This document shows, piece by piece, positions 1-13,369 of a stretch of 64,000 nucleotides of DNA. The stretch is from NCBI GenBank assembly GCA_002633005.1, contig NMRA01000885.1, forward strand, positions 33,842 to 97,841, read 5' to 3'. Below the pieces are notes generated by a model. It did no database searches, had not been told where the DNA came from, and saw nothing but the letters and a program-made list of their open reading frames with translations. Numbering within the stretch: position 1 is the first letter of the stretch; every line of letters starts with the position of its first letter. The translations under genes and the position numbers were made by a program. Source of the stretch: Phoronis australis (Eukaryota; Animalia; Phoronida).

Positions 1-934
1 CACATTGCATGTGTGGTTTTTTTATCTTTACAGGGAATTTATTTTGTTATTACTCATTGTTACCTCATGACAAGTGGCAATTTTCGCAAACCCCACTTTC
101 CTTTTCATCTGCGGAAATTTAGCAGGGTCTATGTTCGTCACGGAAAATTACCATCCAACAAGCTAAAAATAATTTCATTTCAATTAACTACATGAAACTC
201 ATGAACATTAAATCTTTTACAGGGTCTAATTATCCAAACAAACCTCCAAGAATAGATACCAACTTACTAAAACGGCTGGTATAACAAATTCCCAGCTGCA
301 CACCATCGTGTAAATAAATGAAAAATCCCTCGGTCCTGTTATGTCCCATTTTACAAAAGGCCCCGAATCTGAGTGGACATCCGGCTCCGTAGTTAGAATT
401 TACATTTTGCTTCCATGCTATCTTGCGTTTGGTAAGAGATGATGTAGCCCACATAAGATAGGGAGGGGGTTCATACATATAGTTACAGTAGACAACTGCA
501 TTTCCTTGACATTTTTCACCTGCGTCCAATAACTTGCCAGAATCTCGAGTGGTGCAGTCCCACCGGATGGAGCACGCGTCTTCAGCCTTATTTGGCAGCT
601 TGATTGGCCTGCAATCCACGACCATCGAAAATTCGACGCCTGTGCGTTTTTATATGTTGTCAGTTATGTGAATGTTAACATATCAGTTTGTTACTTCTTA
701 CGCAGAGGCATTTCTTAGCCTCATGTTCGCAATGTTGAAACATTTATGCATGTGCGTAAAAACAGCAAAACGTGGAATGTTTTTGTTTTGGACACATATA
801 TTTTCTATTGAATTTTGATCACATGTTTTCTGTAAATATGTAATTATGATTTCTGTACCTTTAAGTAACCTTTGAAAATGATGTGTAGTAATATTGAGAA
901 TAACTGCATGAGTAAACAGGTCACCAGAATTCGT

Positions 935-1197
935 TTAGTTACTAGATTTGAATCTGACAGGTCTTATCTTCATACTGGTTCTCTTCATAGAGTAGAGGCC
1001 TTTGTAATAGTACCAGATGACTCGTTCTCCTCCTGACTTGTGGTTACCGTGATGATACAGACCGTTCAGGTTGGAGTAATGACAAGCGTTGTACCACCAC
1101 GCGCCTTTATAGTCAACAGCACAGTTTGCAAAATGGGCGTCGTTATCTCTGTCCTTGGTGGTGAAGGGTTGACCGTTTTGGTAGATTAAGGAATCAC
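935..1197 (-). CDS. Gene A FReD terminal exon (GDSL...FTTKDRDND...[15 protein letters not shown]...MKIRP)
   Basis: FReD P-subdomain motifs; CAG acceptor; TAA stop at 935-937. Confidence 0.93.
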
Positions 1198-4100
1198 CTG
1201 GATTAGAAATATTAAGATGAATACATAATCGTGACAAGTTTTGTAGTCCTGTTGGTGATCATATTCTGTCATGAATGGGACATTATGGGAAAATTTTTGG
1301 CTGATCTGAATACCGGTGTGTCCTTTAGTGCCAATTTTAGTTTTTTACGTTGAACGTGTATCTTCGGAATTCCTTAACGGATTGTCATAAAACTTGGCAA
1401 ATATGTATCCATTAGAGAGATAACGACATGTTCTCGCTTTCGAAAGGCGAATTTCGGATGTATCCAATTACCGATATGTCCCCTAGTGACAGTATTAGTT
1501 TTTCACGTTTATCTCTGTATCTTCGAAGTTCCTAAACGGATTTTCATGAAATATGGCACATAGGTGTCCATCAATGAGATGACGCTATTCTTGAGTTTTG
1601 GATAGATTCGAGGTATTTTGCGCCATCTACTTAACATTTTTTTTTCTGTTTTCAAGATTTTGTCGCCCACCCTCTATCGACCAAACCGGCCTGTGATTAT
1701 GAAAATTGGCATGTATCATGTTCGTAGTGTAAAAAAACGGTTGACGACGATTTTCCGACGGCCATTTTACTGTTTTCTAGTTTGTTTTAGGCATCTGCCC
1801 CTATATCGACGAAACAACTCTAAGGATGAAAATTAGCGTTGATGTTTCTACTGTAAGAAGGATGCTTATGATGATTTTCGGACACTCGGACTACCGTGGT
1901 GCTTACTAGTGGCAGTGTTTTGCATATATAGCATCTGCTAAACCCTCTGCAGGATCTTTATTAAATTTGGCAAGTGTATTTCTACGAAGTTGACACTAAC
2001 AACGACAACATTTTGATGGAACCAACTACCGTGGTGCTCCCTAGTGGCAATTTTTGTTGTCAGCTGTGTCTTTGAAACTCATTGGCAGATTTTCAATAGA
2101 TCTGTTTCTATTAGTAAGATGACGAAGACGCCCTCTCATTTTCGGATGGATTTGATGTATTTTGCACCACTCTGTTGCCATTTTAACAATTTTTGAGTAC
2201 GTTTTTGACATCACCCTCTCAATCTACCAACCACTTGAAGAATCATTTCTAAATTTGGAGATACTGTATGTTCCTAATAAGAACAAGTATGACATTGATT
2301 TTCGGACATGTTCAACTTATTTTCCCCTCCCCCGTCCACGGCTGTATCTCATTAGCCTTTGCAAAATGTCTTCCTGAAATTTAGCTGATTTGCTCCTAAT
2401 GGAGATGGTAACTGATGACGGACAGTTTCAGACCAATCCAACTACAGCTTTGCTCCCTACTGGAAATCTTATTTTTTACATTTGCCTCAGTCTGTAACTT
2501 CAGAGTTCCTTGATGCTTTGTCATGTACATGTAATTGGGCCAAATTTTGTATCATGAAGACAACAGCATGTTTACTTTTGCTGATAGATTCGATATACAT
2601 GTATTACGACACAAATAGAGCCATTTTTAATATTTTAGTCTGTTTTTGTCTCCTGCTTTTGTATCTGCCAAACCAAGCAGAGGATCGTTATGAAAATATT
2701 GGAAGATGTGTTCATTCTGACAAGAGCATGACTGACTTCAAACTGGTCCAACTACTGACAGTGATGGCTTCTTTAGACACTTATTCGCATCAAAGTTTGT
2801 ATCTCCTAAACCCTTGTAATATTTTTTTTTGAAATTTCGCAGTTGTATTTGCATTAGCTTGACAGCAGATGGATGGATTCAACTACTGCAGTGGTTGCAA
2901 ACAGTAGCTTGTATTTATTACATTTGCCTTTGTATCTTTTGAGTTCTTTGACAGATTTCATAAAATTTGGCGAATGATTTGGAAAGACGGCGACACCTTC
3001 CCATATTTGGATGGTTTCAATATATTGTGAGCCATGTAACTGCCTTACTTGATACAAATAATCAACCCATCACTGTTTGTGGTGCATTCGTGGGCGCATT
3101 TCATTCGCCTTGCTCTATTAACCAGACAATTGTACATGTAAGGCTGATTTTGAAAATTGGCTTATATATTTTGACTGTGAAGTGGACAGATGACGATGGT
3201 GTTTGGACAGATCCAAGAACTGTGACACCTCCTAATATTTGCGTCCGTGCTTTATCTCATAAAGTCTCCGCACGATCTTTGTTAAAGTTGGCAAGGTGAT
3301 AACAGATGATAACCCCTTTTGGATGGATCCGACTACTGCTGTGACCTCTAGTGGCACTTTTATTTTTCCCATTTCTTCTTTATCTTTGGAATTCCTCGAT
3401 GTATTTTCATTAAATTTGGCATATAAGTTTCTAAGCAACAATGACACTCGTTTCCAGATGAATTACGCATGATGTACATCTTCTAGAGGCCATTCTTTTT
3501 TTTCGTTCATCTCTATATCGGCCAAACCATTCAAGAATGGTATATGCGTTCTTACTGGGAGGAGCATGGCTGGCAATGATTTTTGGACAATTTTGAATAC
3601 TCTGTTTTTCCTTAACCTCTGCTAGATCTTTATAAAATTTGGCAAGTGCAAAATCTTCACCCATGCCGTAAAATGTCAGAAAATCATTTACACTTAAAAC
3701 GATGGTCGTTTTTTCAAATATAATGATTACTTGGACTGTGAATATTAAAAATATAAGTAAACTGCGGGCGTCCTGGCGCTCAATGGCTTCAATGCTAGAG
3801 CTAAAATGACTGAACAAGATTTCGTTACTTTGGTAAAACAGATTTTTGTAACCTTCGCTTACCTGCGTTGCCAGAATAGTTGCTGATAGCTAACTTATAT
3901 TTTTCTCTCTCTGACCCAATAGAGAAATCTTCGTAGGCAGCGTACACTGCATTATTGCTGAAGTCTTCTAATTCCACTCGTAACTTGTAGGCGTCTTGAT
4001 GTGTTAACCGATTAATGTTGTCGTTGCCTGTAATATTTATTTAAACCCACTCATGTATAGGCAATTAACAATCACAAAGCTCCCTTTCGGGTGTTTGGGA

Positions 4101-7100
4101 ATTTTCTTTCTTTCTAATTTCATTTTGAAATGTGTTTTTAAACCATTCAAGGTTATGGTATTAGACTGAAGACTTATATGCATTTGAATCGTCCAGTGTA
4201 GGGATGAAAAAATCTTACCCAACCAAAACTCTCCATTAAGATAACCAAATCCTGCCTTATAGTCGGACCATCCTCTATAGAAGTCAACGGACCCATCTTG
4301 ACGTCTCTGGAATACCTGGTTGTATCAAGTAATTCATTGTTAATATAACTTGCTTTAATAACCATCTTTAACGGCGGGTTATTCACACAGAAACAGGTAC
4401 ATGTAAATGATACAAGCATTTATATGAAGTTTCCATGTGTATGCATAGTGGTCAATCAAGTTTTTGGATGTTGTAAGTAGTTTTCATCTAGTAGATTTAT
4501 CAGTTGATTATTTATAAAGGTTTGTTATAAAAAGAACACGTTACTTTGTCCCATTCTCGGCATATTTACCGTCCAGCCTCCTCCGTTGGTCACCATGTCA
4601 CAGTAAACATCCATGTTACTAAAGCCATCTTTCGGTTGAATAGCGTAAACACCACTTTGTCTAAAGCCATTGTTATACAAATCTGCACAATCTTTTCCTA
4701 CAATCGGAGAAATGCGAAAACTTGTCTTCCATGTTCTTATCAAAGATTCCACCAACCATATTCCATCATTCATACATACACGCGCACACATACACGCGCA
4801 CGAACGNCAATCACACATGAAGCAAAACCAATAGAAAGAGAATGCAGTGGGAAAGGATCCTCAGAAAGGTATTGCAAAATTGCAACATTTAATTATTCAA
4901 GCTACATGTACATGTATGTTCCATTATATAAACATACACACACGCCCACATCCGCACACGCACGCATGTAAACATACGTGAAACAAAACCAGCAGAAAAA
5001 CAATGCAGTAGGAAAGAATCCTTCAGAATGGTATGACAAAATCTTTATAAGCAACATTTAGTCTTAATGCTATACACATGTAGTTATCCAAGAACCATTA
5101 TTTGGATGACGTTATTAAATTTGGGAATTAAAGTAAGATTCTTGGTACAAACATAATATACATAATATTGACCAATAGTTTTAACAGTTGCTAAATCTCT
5201 TTGAAATTTGGCACCTGTTTGTTTTTCAATATTTTATTGTTTCCTCTAACAATGTTAAACTGTATCATAAAAATTAGTCATCTAATTTTCAGCCGAATAT
5301 ATTCATTTAATGTATTTCAGACAGCATGAAATGTAATATAGCTGATTGTATGTTACGCTGTGACTCATGCCTTGAATAATGATCAAGATTGCGGTATTTT
5401 TGAGAAAAGTGTTTAGCAATTTTTGTTCATTATTTCCAGATATCAAGCCAGAAAATTTACAGATTAGCTGAAGAACACACTGAAGTTGTGTCACATTGGT
5501 AAGCTGAACATAATTGTTCAGAACAGAGACAAGCTGTATTTGTAGTATATTAAAGGGAAAACTATGCAAAAATTATTGACTTTGGTTATGGCGACTACAG
5601 TTGCAAAAGTATTTAAACAAATAATATTGAAAATTGTGAAGAAATGGTAAAAGAAGGAAGATATAATGTGACATGCATGTTTTTGGTTTACAGCAGCCTC
5701 ATGTTTCGGAATGAGGTCATAAAAATGTAGTTAAAGGAAATCATTGGCCAAAAGAGAGTAAAGCTTCTCAAAGTCTGACGATTTTGGTTAGAAGACATTT
5801 ATTTTTACAATGTTAAGTTTGTTGCAGGCACGCGTCCTCCATGGATAGTACCTGAGTGATCATGTTTTTAATTTCTAGTTCAGTGTTTTATTTGTGACTC
5901 ACGTTACTGTGCACTTTGTCCACGGAGCTGCTGCTGGAGTGGGTAATGTTGATGTAAGGTTGACAGTCTATTACTTTAATGATTATTGTACGTGATCAAG
6001 TTAGGAATGAAAGATAATTGCTTGACTTTGTTTATAAGTGCAGAGGTGGAACTGCATGAGGGGTTCAGGGGGTTCAACCCCCCCCCCCTCGGGACAGGAT
6101 CAAAAATTAAAATTTAAAAAAATGTCGCCAGGAAAACAAACTCACTTACTAAAACCAAAAAAAATCTTACACGGAGGACTCCCCTCCCACTGCGCCCCTC
6201 AGATTCGCGCAAATCTCCCTTACTGAAAACTTACATCTGCGACTGAAGTTTAATGTATTCGATGCTCCGTGTATGTGGCCAAATGTACACTGTAACAGTT
6301 AGAATTTAATTGTTTTATTCCACCGGTTACCAGTGACAAACGATGACGTATTCTTGCCAGTCAGAAAATTCTCGTTTAGGAAAAAAAATTGATTGAGACA
6401 GTGGAAAATCAATTTCATTTTTTTTCAGATCAAAAGTTATGTCAAGTTTTCGAAATAACATTTCAATTTTGATTCTCAAAAATTGGCAAATTTACTAAAT
6501 GCTACATATAAATACAGAGTTTTGTGTTTTTGCCAATTTGGTTTCCCAAAATCAGGAGACTCCTTTTTGAAGGATGAATATCTGAGATAGAAAGTTATTA
6601 AATCCAGAATGAAATGTTGTGAAAATATAATATTAAATGAAATTCTATTGATTTTTTGGTCTTTTTCATTTCATTCCAACATTAGTAACAGATACACTTT
6701 CTTGCATACAGCTTGAAGTTCTTAGAAGTACGTTCGAAATCTGTGTACTGTAACCGTGAATTAAATGTAAAACATGGTGAATTCCCTCTAATTCCCTAGT
6801 TCTTCAACTGCCATCTGTATTGGTTTCGTAGTTAGTTGTGTAGTTCGCTACATTTTTGCAGAAGCAAAACTAGTGTTATTTATAAGTGCGAGATTGTACC
6901 CCCGCAGTATCTGTTACAAGATAATTTGTTGACAATCTAAAATGACCTTAGCAAAAATGCTGTTGATAACGGAATAGAAATACTTTTTTACCTTATTTAC
7001 GTGTAAAACTTACTTTCCAAGCAACCATTCTGTGTCCCAGTTTGTCAGTTTTTTTCATTTTGAGCGCTATCCTGTCGCTCAACTTGGATTTTAAGGCTTT

Positions 7101-10100
7101 ATTAATAATAACGGGCTACCAGCGAGATTGCCGCCTAAAGGCTATATGTGAAATAAAACGTCACGTGACCACATAGGTGCAGACGAAAAATCTTTTTGTC
7201 ACTAATGAAAAATGGCGGAGACTACTGGAATCCGCCAATTCAATTATATAGTTAACAAACCATTACACATAATTCCAAAGTTCCTCAAGCAGGGAGGTAA
7301 GGTGGCCGAGCAGGGAACAAGGTGAAAATCAATCACTTCATGTGGCAGTGGCCTGTTGAAAGTCTCAGCGCAATGCATCGACATTTTTATCAAAAACTTT
7401 GTCACAAAATTCAAACATGACTTTTGTTCTGTTGTAACCATTGGTAACCTTCCTGAGCGGACTGAAAAATGGTGATCAGATAGTTGAAAATTCTCGCTTT
7501 GATTTTTTCTATTGAACTTTTAGCCTCAGCATTAGACGTTAATCGTCGGCAGTCACCGAAAACTTTGGTATGAATTCATTTGTGCTAAAAACAAGCTAAT
7601 CATACTTTGTTGGAGAAGTTTTTTGTAAAAAAATTATCAGCATATTCAACATGACGAGATAGCCAACCCCCTTTTTCATCGCTAAGGTCACAGTTTGTGT
7701 GTATAGTAAAGTAACGAAAAGACGTAATACACCGTCCAGTCTTCAACCTGTTAACAACGATAAGACCATCGACACATTTGGTTGAGATATCCATTGTTCT
7801 ATTTTAATGTTAAGCAGATACGCACCTTGCAAATGGACTCTGCGTTAAGCACTACGCCTATAAGATTAACTACATGTTGTGGGTCATCGTGTATCTCATG
7901 ACTCGTGAAAGCGCGTCGTGTCGATACTACCAATCAGAAAGACTTAATGAAAATTATTCAGGGCATACAGGAACCGAAGCTGAAAATAAGTGGCCGTCAG
8001 ACTGTATAACTGAACAGATGCTGAACGCTCAATTTGCCCGTTCTTTACACAAGAAGTATCCAAAATTATCATTGGTCATATTGACAAAATACCATAACTC
8101 CACGCATACAAGCAGTGACAACTTTATAAAAAAAAAACAATGAAAAAATAACGGGTTTGTCTCTAAACCGCAAAAACCTGACGTGCCGAGCTGTGCTTTA
8201 GAAGACTTATTGATGATTAACAGTGTATTCAATATACAGAAGTAATATTCACCATTAAAATGGCCACACTTTTAAACACTAATTTTTAGCTTTCACCCGC
8301 AACCAAGGCCCCGCCTTCCATCATATTATTGGGTCCTAGAAACGGCAAACTTGTTATTTGACAGATGCCGCAGATGAATAACGATCAGTCTCAATTTTTG
8401 TTAAGTGAACAGAGAAGCTGTTGACTAGTATGGGGTCATCTGTGAACGTAGGGCCCCAAGTGTCTACTTAATTGCCTGAATGCCACTGAAGGAATGTTGA
8501 GTTGCTCATTCACTTACCTTTCGTCTTTGTCTCATTCATCAACATAGCGTAGGTCAAATTCAAATAACCTGTAATATTCAACAAGCTATTATATCAATCT
8601 TAAATCAATAACAAACTACATTTGGCATCGTATGTGAGAGCTCACAAGTGAATTAATTGCTGTAATCTCAAATTTTATTAGATGGTATGATGATCTGCGT
8701 AGGTTTTTCATCAATTAACCTTTCGCACGATTAGCTTTTTGCACCGCAGTGTTAATCTGCCAACCAAAATGTACCTGAACTCAAATCCCCCCGGGCTCCT
8801 TTGGAAAATACAAAAGTTCTGAAAATAGTGCTCACCACTACTGACCACCATGAGCTGACCACATACTTGTGGTGCTTATGAGAACGTTGTGACACCTGAA
8901 GATGGGTGGAGCAATGGTCGACCAAAACTCGGCAAATTGAATGTAAAGAGGCGAGAAGTTGGTGTAGGCCAATAGATTTTAAAAAGAATGACCCAACTTA
9001 TTTAGTCTTTCTACTGCTCAACAAGAGTGCTGATTTTTGTTTTTGAAGGGTTTGTATTCTACAAACTGTAAGTGCTCAAATTCTTATAACACATTGTTAG
9101 CAACTGTACCATCCAAACCATTCTAACAACAAAATAAAACGTTTCTTAATTTTAATGAAATTTCAATCGTCTGCCAAATTGTGTATTGAAAGAAACAATT
9201 CACACTGTAATTTGATAGAACGATTTAAAGAAACAATTTACATTTTTAAATTCCTATTTTCTTTGTGGTGAACACTGTGCACTTCATTGTGCGACTGGCA
9301 TATAAAAAGTTACTTTTGGCAGTAAAAATTCTTCAAAGTCATTTTATCAAAGTGAATGAGAGCATCAAAACACACCAGAATGATGAGAAAATACATCCAA
9401 GCATTGAAATAGTTTTATAATTCAAATTTCATGAAGTGTTCTTACTTTCGAGATCACTAAGCTCCGTTTTTAATATAACCTGCTGCATTTGTAGACCTTG
9501 TTGTTGGAACTTGAGGAAATCACCAGTTTCCTTTGCTTGTTGTGTGTGGTCACTAAAATCCTGCTCAAGACTGTTGTGGGCTACGTCTAGGTTGTTCAAG
9601 TCTGTATTCAACTGCTTGTAAACGCGAGACAAATATTTCAGGTGTGTAGAAGTCTTGTGGTCTTGGGCTGTCCTCTCTTCTGATAACCTGTTGAGAAATG
9701 TTTCTTGCTGTTTTATCAGAAGGCTTTGGTTTTGCTGCTTTCTTGAAAATGTGTTGATTCTTTGTTGCATTACACTGGTTCTGTTGTTAATGTTTTCCAT
9801 GCAGTCTGCTTTGTATTCGTCTACTTTCATATTGCATGCTTTAATCAATCGAGTTTGGTCGGTCATTGCCTTCAAAACAAGAATCTGTTTGTCGCGTATC
9901 TTTGTTTGTGAAACTCTGAAGGCATCTTGCTCACTTGTCTGGTTCCAGCTGACCTCCTTCTGCTCAGCCAGCTGTTGGGCAATATCGACTTGGGCACTCG
10001 TCAGTGATGTAAGCGCAGCCTCACACTTATTCAGCAGTTTCTCTTGTTCAGCCACTTGCTTCTGTAGGTCGTTCAGCTCAGATGCCTGATCACGTGAATG

Positions 10101-10505
10101 AGTCATCATCAGATTTTGACGAGCCTCGAGCAATGACTGTTTTGTCATCAGGTTTTGCTGTGATTTCACCACATGGACCCTGTGAGACAGAGAGGCAAGA
10201 CCAGTCCCGTATCTCTGTTGTCTCAATTTTAAATTTTCTATTTCCTTTTCAAGGTTTATGGTCTTTGCTTCGTCTAACATTCTTAGCCATGGTAGTTCGA
10301 TATCATTTGAAGGCCTGTCAACGATATTTTTAGAAGTCGACTGCTGCGTATTAGTGAAGACTGAATTCAGCACCTTCTTTAGCAAGTCCAGCTCAGTTTT
10401 GATGGCGTCCCTCTGATTACGACACTCTGAAGCTGTCAATGGCTCTTCTCCTGCTAGTACATAATGCAAAAACAGTATTGCAGTGAGACACTGCATGCAA
10501 GCCAT
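935..10505 (-). CDS. Gene A: secreted coiled-coil + fibrinogen-related domain protein (angiopoietin-like/FREP architecture); join complement(9446..10505,8518..8568,4570..4697,4219..4315,3863..4027,935..1197), 587 aa
   Basis: All six exons have GT-AG boundaries with matching phases (1,1,0,1,1); 1764 nt, no internal stop. Hydrophobic signal peptide, ~330 aa Q/L/K/E-rich heptad region, FReD motifs [57 protein letters not shown]. The link between the coiled-coil exons and FReD exons is inferred from phase and the absence of another candidate downstream exon. Confidence 0.8.
1290..3600 (+). mobile_element. Non-autonomous element with degenerate internal tandem repeats (Helentron/DINE-1/pearl-like) in gene A intron
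   Basis: Many diverged subunits sharing CC(C/T)TAGTGGCA, GATGGATTCG and AAA(C/T)TTGGCA motifs; end segment TGTGGTGCA..TTCGTGGGCGCATTTC (3078-3103) shared with 26566-26592; family assignment is inference, boundaries approximate. Confidence 0.55.
3863..4027 (-). CDS. Gene A FReD exon 3 (GNDNINRLT...LRVELEDF...YSGNA)
   Basis: Canonical FReD motif; 165 nt; AG/GTAAG. Confidence 0.93.
4219..4315 (-). CDS. Gene A FReD exon 2 ([32 protein letters not shown])
   Basis: Canonical FReD motif; 97 nt; AG/GTAAG. Confidence 0.93.
4570..4697 (-). CDS. Gene A FReD exon 1 (GKDCADLY...[13 protein letters not shown])
   Basis: Canonical fibrinogen C-terminal domain start; AG/GT boundaries; 128 nt, same as paralog 21149-21276. 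Confidence 0.93.
4770..5085. repeat. Diverged ~160-bp tandem duplicate with CA-rich tracts; single-N join at 4807
   Basis: GCAAAACCA..AGAAA..AATGCAGT.GGAAAG.ATCC.TCAGAA occurs near 4822 and near 4983. Confidence 0.6.
5440..5498 (+). pseudogene. CDKL5-like kinase pseudo-exon ([17 protein letters not shown]), with stop and 1-nt deletion
   Basis: ttccag acceptor, GTAAG donor; matches the DIKPENLLI...LKLCDFG exon of CDKL-family kinases; 59 nt where 60 would keep frame. Confidence 0.75.
5918..5944 (+). pseudogene. Deleted remnant of CDKL5-like activation-loop exon (STELLL + donor only)
   Basis: GTCCACGGAGCTGCTGCTGG-GTGGGT aligns to the 3' end of 26737-26827; flanking non-coding sequence is homologous. 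Confidence 0.65.
6040..6246. mobile_element. Short MITE-like insertion (CAGAGGTGGA...TCTGCGACTG)
   Basis: Absent from the homologous position in unit 2 (~26925); degenerate inverted ends like the 63193-63321 family. Confidence 0.45.
8518..8568 (-). CDS. Gene A 51-nt phase 1-1 linker micro-exon ([17 protein letters not shown])
   Basis: ttacag acceptor, GTAAGT donor, open frame; paralogous exon at 30113-30178 with conserved splice sites. Confidence 0.8.
9446..10505 (-). CDS. Gene A first coding exon: signal peptide + long coiled coil
   Basis: 358-aa ORF; [19 protein letters not shown] signal peptide; phase-1 donor GAA A|GTAAGA at 9445; 1060 nt = 353 codons + 1. Confidence 0.88.
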
Positions 10506-13369
10506 TCTGCTTCTACAGTGTTCAACAAATTTAAAAAAATAAGAACGTGAGGCAGCTTTTATTCTTCCTGCAGCTTGGGTAGATATGGAAGCTAACGCTT
10601 ATCCTGGTGTACATCTGGTTAGACGTAACTTCCCCATTGTTTTGAACAAAGCAGTTAACCATTACGGCTGTATGCAGGGATTTTTAATGAAGGTCGCGTA
10701 CCCGGTAGTCTTACGACCTACCATTGTTAAGTTGGAAATTTGTCAACATGAAAATTGTTCAGTATTTAATAAAGATTTTAACTATATCTTCATCGTAGCA
10801 ATAATTCATATAGTTACCTATGAAGATTCAAAGTGACAACCCTTTGATTTTTCAATTTTGACACACGACAACATTGCAACAAACATTCAAAATGCAATTT
10901 CTAAAGGTAATTCTTGAGATTCTGGAGTCAATAATGAAAATTTTTTGCGACTATCACAAAACCAACAGGAAAATATGTATGTACAATATTTACAAACAAA
11001 TAAGAATATAAATCAAGAGTTTTTACTCACAATGTACCAGCAACTCAAGTCCTTACACAACTTGTCCATGTCTCTGTTTATTCTAAATTATCGTTGTTCA
11101 TAGTCGTGAAATCTTCATCTGTGAAAAAGCCAAAAAAATATCAAGTTCCATGTATTTTCGTTTGTTTGAAAGCCTCAGTATTGTATCAAGCCTAGGTAAG
11201 CTAGCAAAGGTTTTGACTTAAGTGCTGCCAACAATTTGCGTCTCACACATTAAGTAACTCGCACACTGATCTGACAATATTTTAGACTTTCAGAAGTTAT
11301 TTACATTTGATGCTAAAGGTAACAAATGTTACAACAGATGAGGATTATCAAAAACATGCAGTTGTAATTAATTTATGGCCTGCTTCACGACAAAATTTGT
11401 AATACATTTAAAATACATATCAGCAAATGACTTTAAACAACAAACTAGCATCACGTGACAATGGTAGCGAAAACTTCAGATGAAATTGAAGACATCTTTA
11501 AAGACATAAAAGTTGTAACCATACCAAAAAAGAATCATCCGTCCTGAAATATCCAAGAGAGCACCTCAGTCCAAATGGTCCATTGGGTGCCATCTGTATT
11601 ACTATCTGGCAAGGAGATTGACGTTTCGTCCAGGCTATTGGGTTGTCTCTCACTTGTACCATAATCTTCATTCTGTGTTTTTGAACTCTTTCTTAGTCTT
11701 CAAGTTAAGAGTCTGGCAAACCAGCCATGGGAAACATAACTCCATTTTTGTCTGGCCCTTTGTCTGGCACGGTAACTTTAATTCGCTGTTCGGCCTCTGC
11801 ATTTTCGCCACAGTTGAGGCCATTACAAACTACTCCAATAAAGAAAACTAAACGATACTGGTTGAATAAGCTGATTAAAAATCACGAGACTTGTTTAACA
11901 GAAAATTACGTATCATTCCCACCTATTCTTATTACATTGAAGAAAGTCATGGTGAAGCATAAAACGTCCAAGCCCATGCTGGTTGTCATATTTAATGTCA
12001 ACACATTAGGGAATAGGAGAATATATAGAACTCGAGAAAGAAACATCGGCTAACTTAGTTTTAACAAATTTCTTGAATTCTTCATTGCCTTCTGCTGCCA
12101 TAAACAGATGTGACGTACATCTACATGTGACTTATGGAGCCTTAATTTTGATACCATGAACAATTTTCCGATTTCTTGGAAACGAATAATTCCCTTAAAT
12201 GCATTATTGTCACATATAATTATGTTCACCCGTCGTAGCGTATTCTTAATACGGTAATGGATTCAATGACTTGGTCTATGTTATGGCCCTGTGGTTAGTG
12301 GACTTTGAAGAGCTTTCCCCTATTCAATATTGGCATTTTAGTTTTGTATTTTATATAAAGGTTATGGTAAATTTTACTTTTCTTTAAGCATTTAGGTAAT
12401 GAATTATTCATGTCGTCAACAGCATTTTGCAATTTTTTAGCATTTGTATTGATGTACTAATCTTTTATAAACAGAAAACTAATTTTTGAGCAATTATTTT
12501 TGTAAAACATAGAGAATTTCTGCAAAATGTCACATTGTGAATAGTGTATGGGACCTTTGCCGTCAGAGTAGATTGACATTTTTACTGCAATCCGCGGTTT
12601 ACTCAGGCCTCAAGTCAATTTGTTCTTTCAAAGCCGTAGTGGTAATATTGTACATACATGTATACCCAGCATCCCCTTTGTCCAATCGCATGTTGTTACT
12701 TTTGCTCCTCTGCTGATTATACGAAAATGGCTTGACAGATAATGGATGCACCGACAAAATTCGCTTTACAGACAGATTCGACCACCGTAGCACGGCCACA
12801 TCAGTTTACAGCAAGACTCCTTGGACTGTGGATTGTTGTCAAAACAAACTTGACACAAGGGTTTATTGTTAGATGTGCTGGCACCAGTCAATTTAAGAAT
12901 GACATTAACTCCTTAAGCACCAACTGATAGCCAATGAATCAACAAAAGTATTTCTTGGTTGTTTCTAACACATCGGCTTGATAGGTTTTGGTGTAATTTG
13001 ATGTAAGGGGTCAAATACGACTGGCAATACGTTCTTAGATGGTGTTGTTGCAAAACATGCAGTCATAACGTTATTAAATTGTTATCTCTGTGGCTTGTTT
13101 TAAGTTGACATCAAATGCACGAGGTATTGACGTGTTTGATGATGGGACATGTCATAGTTGTTAAGTTTATTTGCTTCCAGTTTCTTGTCTTGAAATGTCC
13201 TCAAACTTTGGAAAACCCTTATCAAGAGGTAATGCGTGGAGTGATGTTGAACCGTATGAATGTACATGTAAGTGGCATTGTAATGAAATGCTAGGTCGTA
13301 ATACCACACCAAGGTGACTAGTTGATTCTTTAAGTATTTTGGGGGGAAATTTTACTCAATTATTGGGGA

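Noticed and set aside
8885-8945. CTGAAGA...AAAAC hammerhead-like motif
   Set aside because: Stem II and the GAAA core are too degenerate.
9436-10333. Plus-strand ORFs overlapping the coiled-coil exon
   Set aside because: Antisense shadows of the real minus-strand exon.
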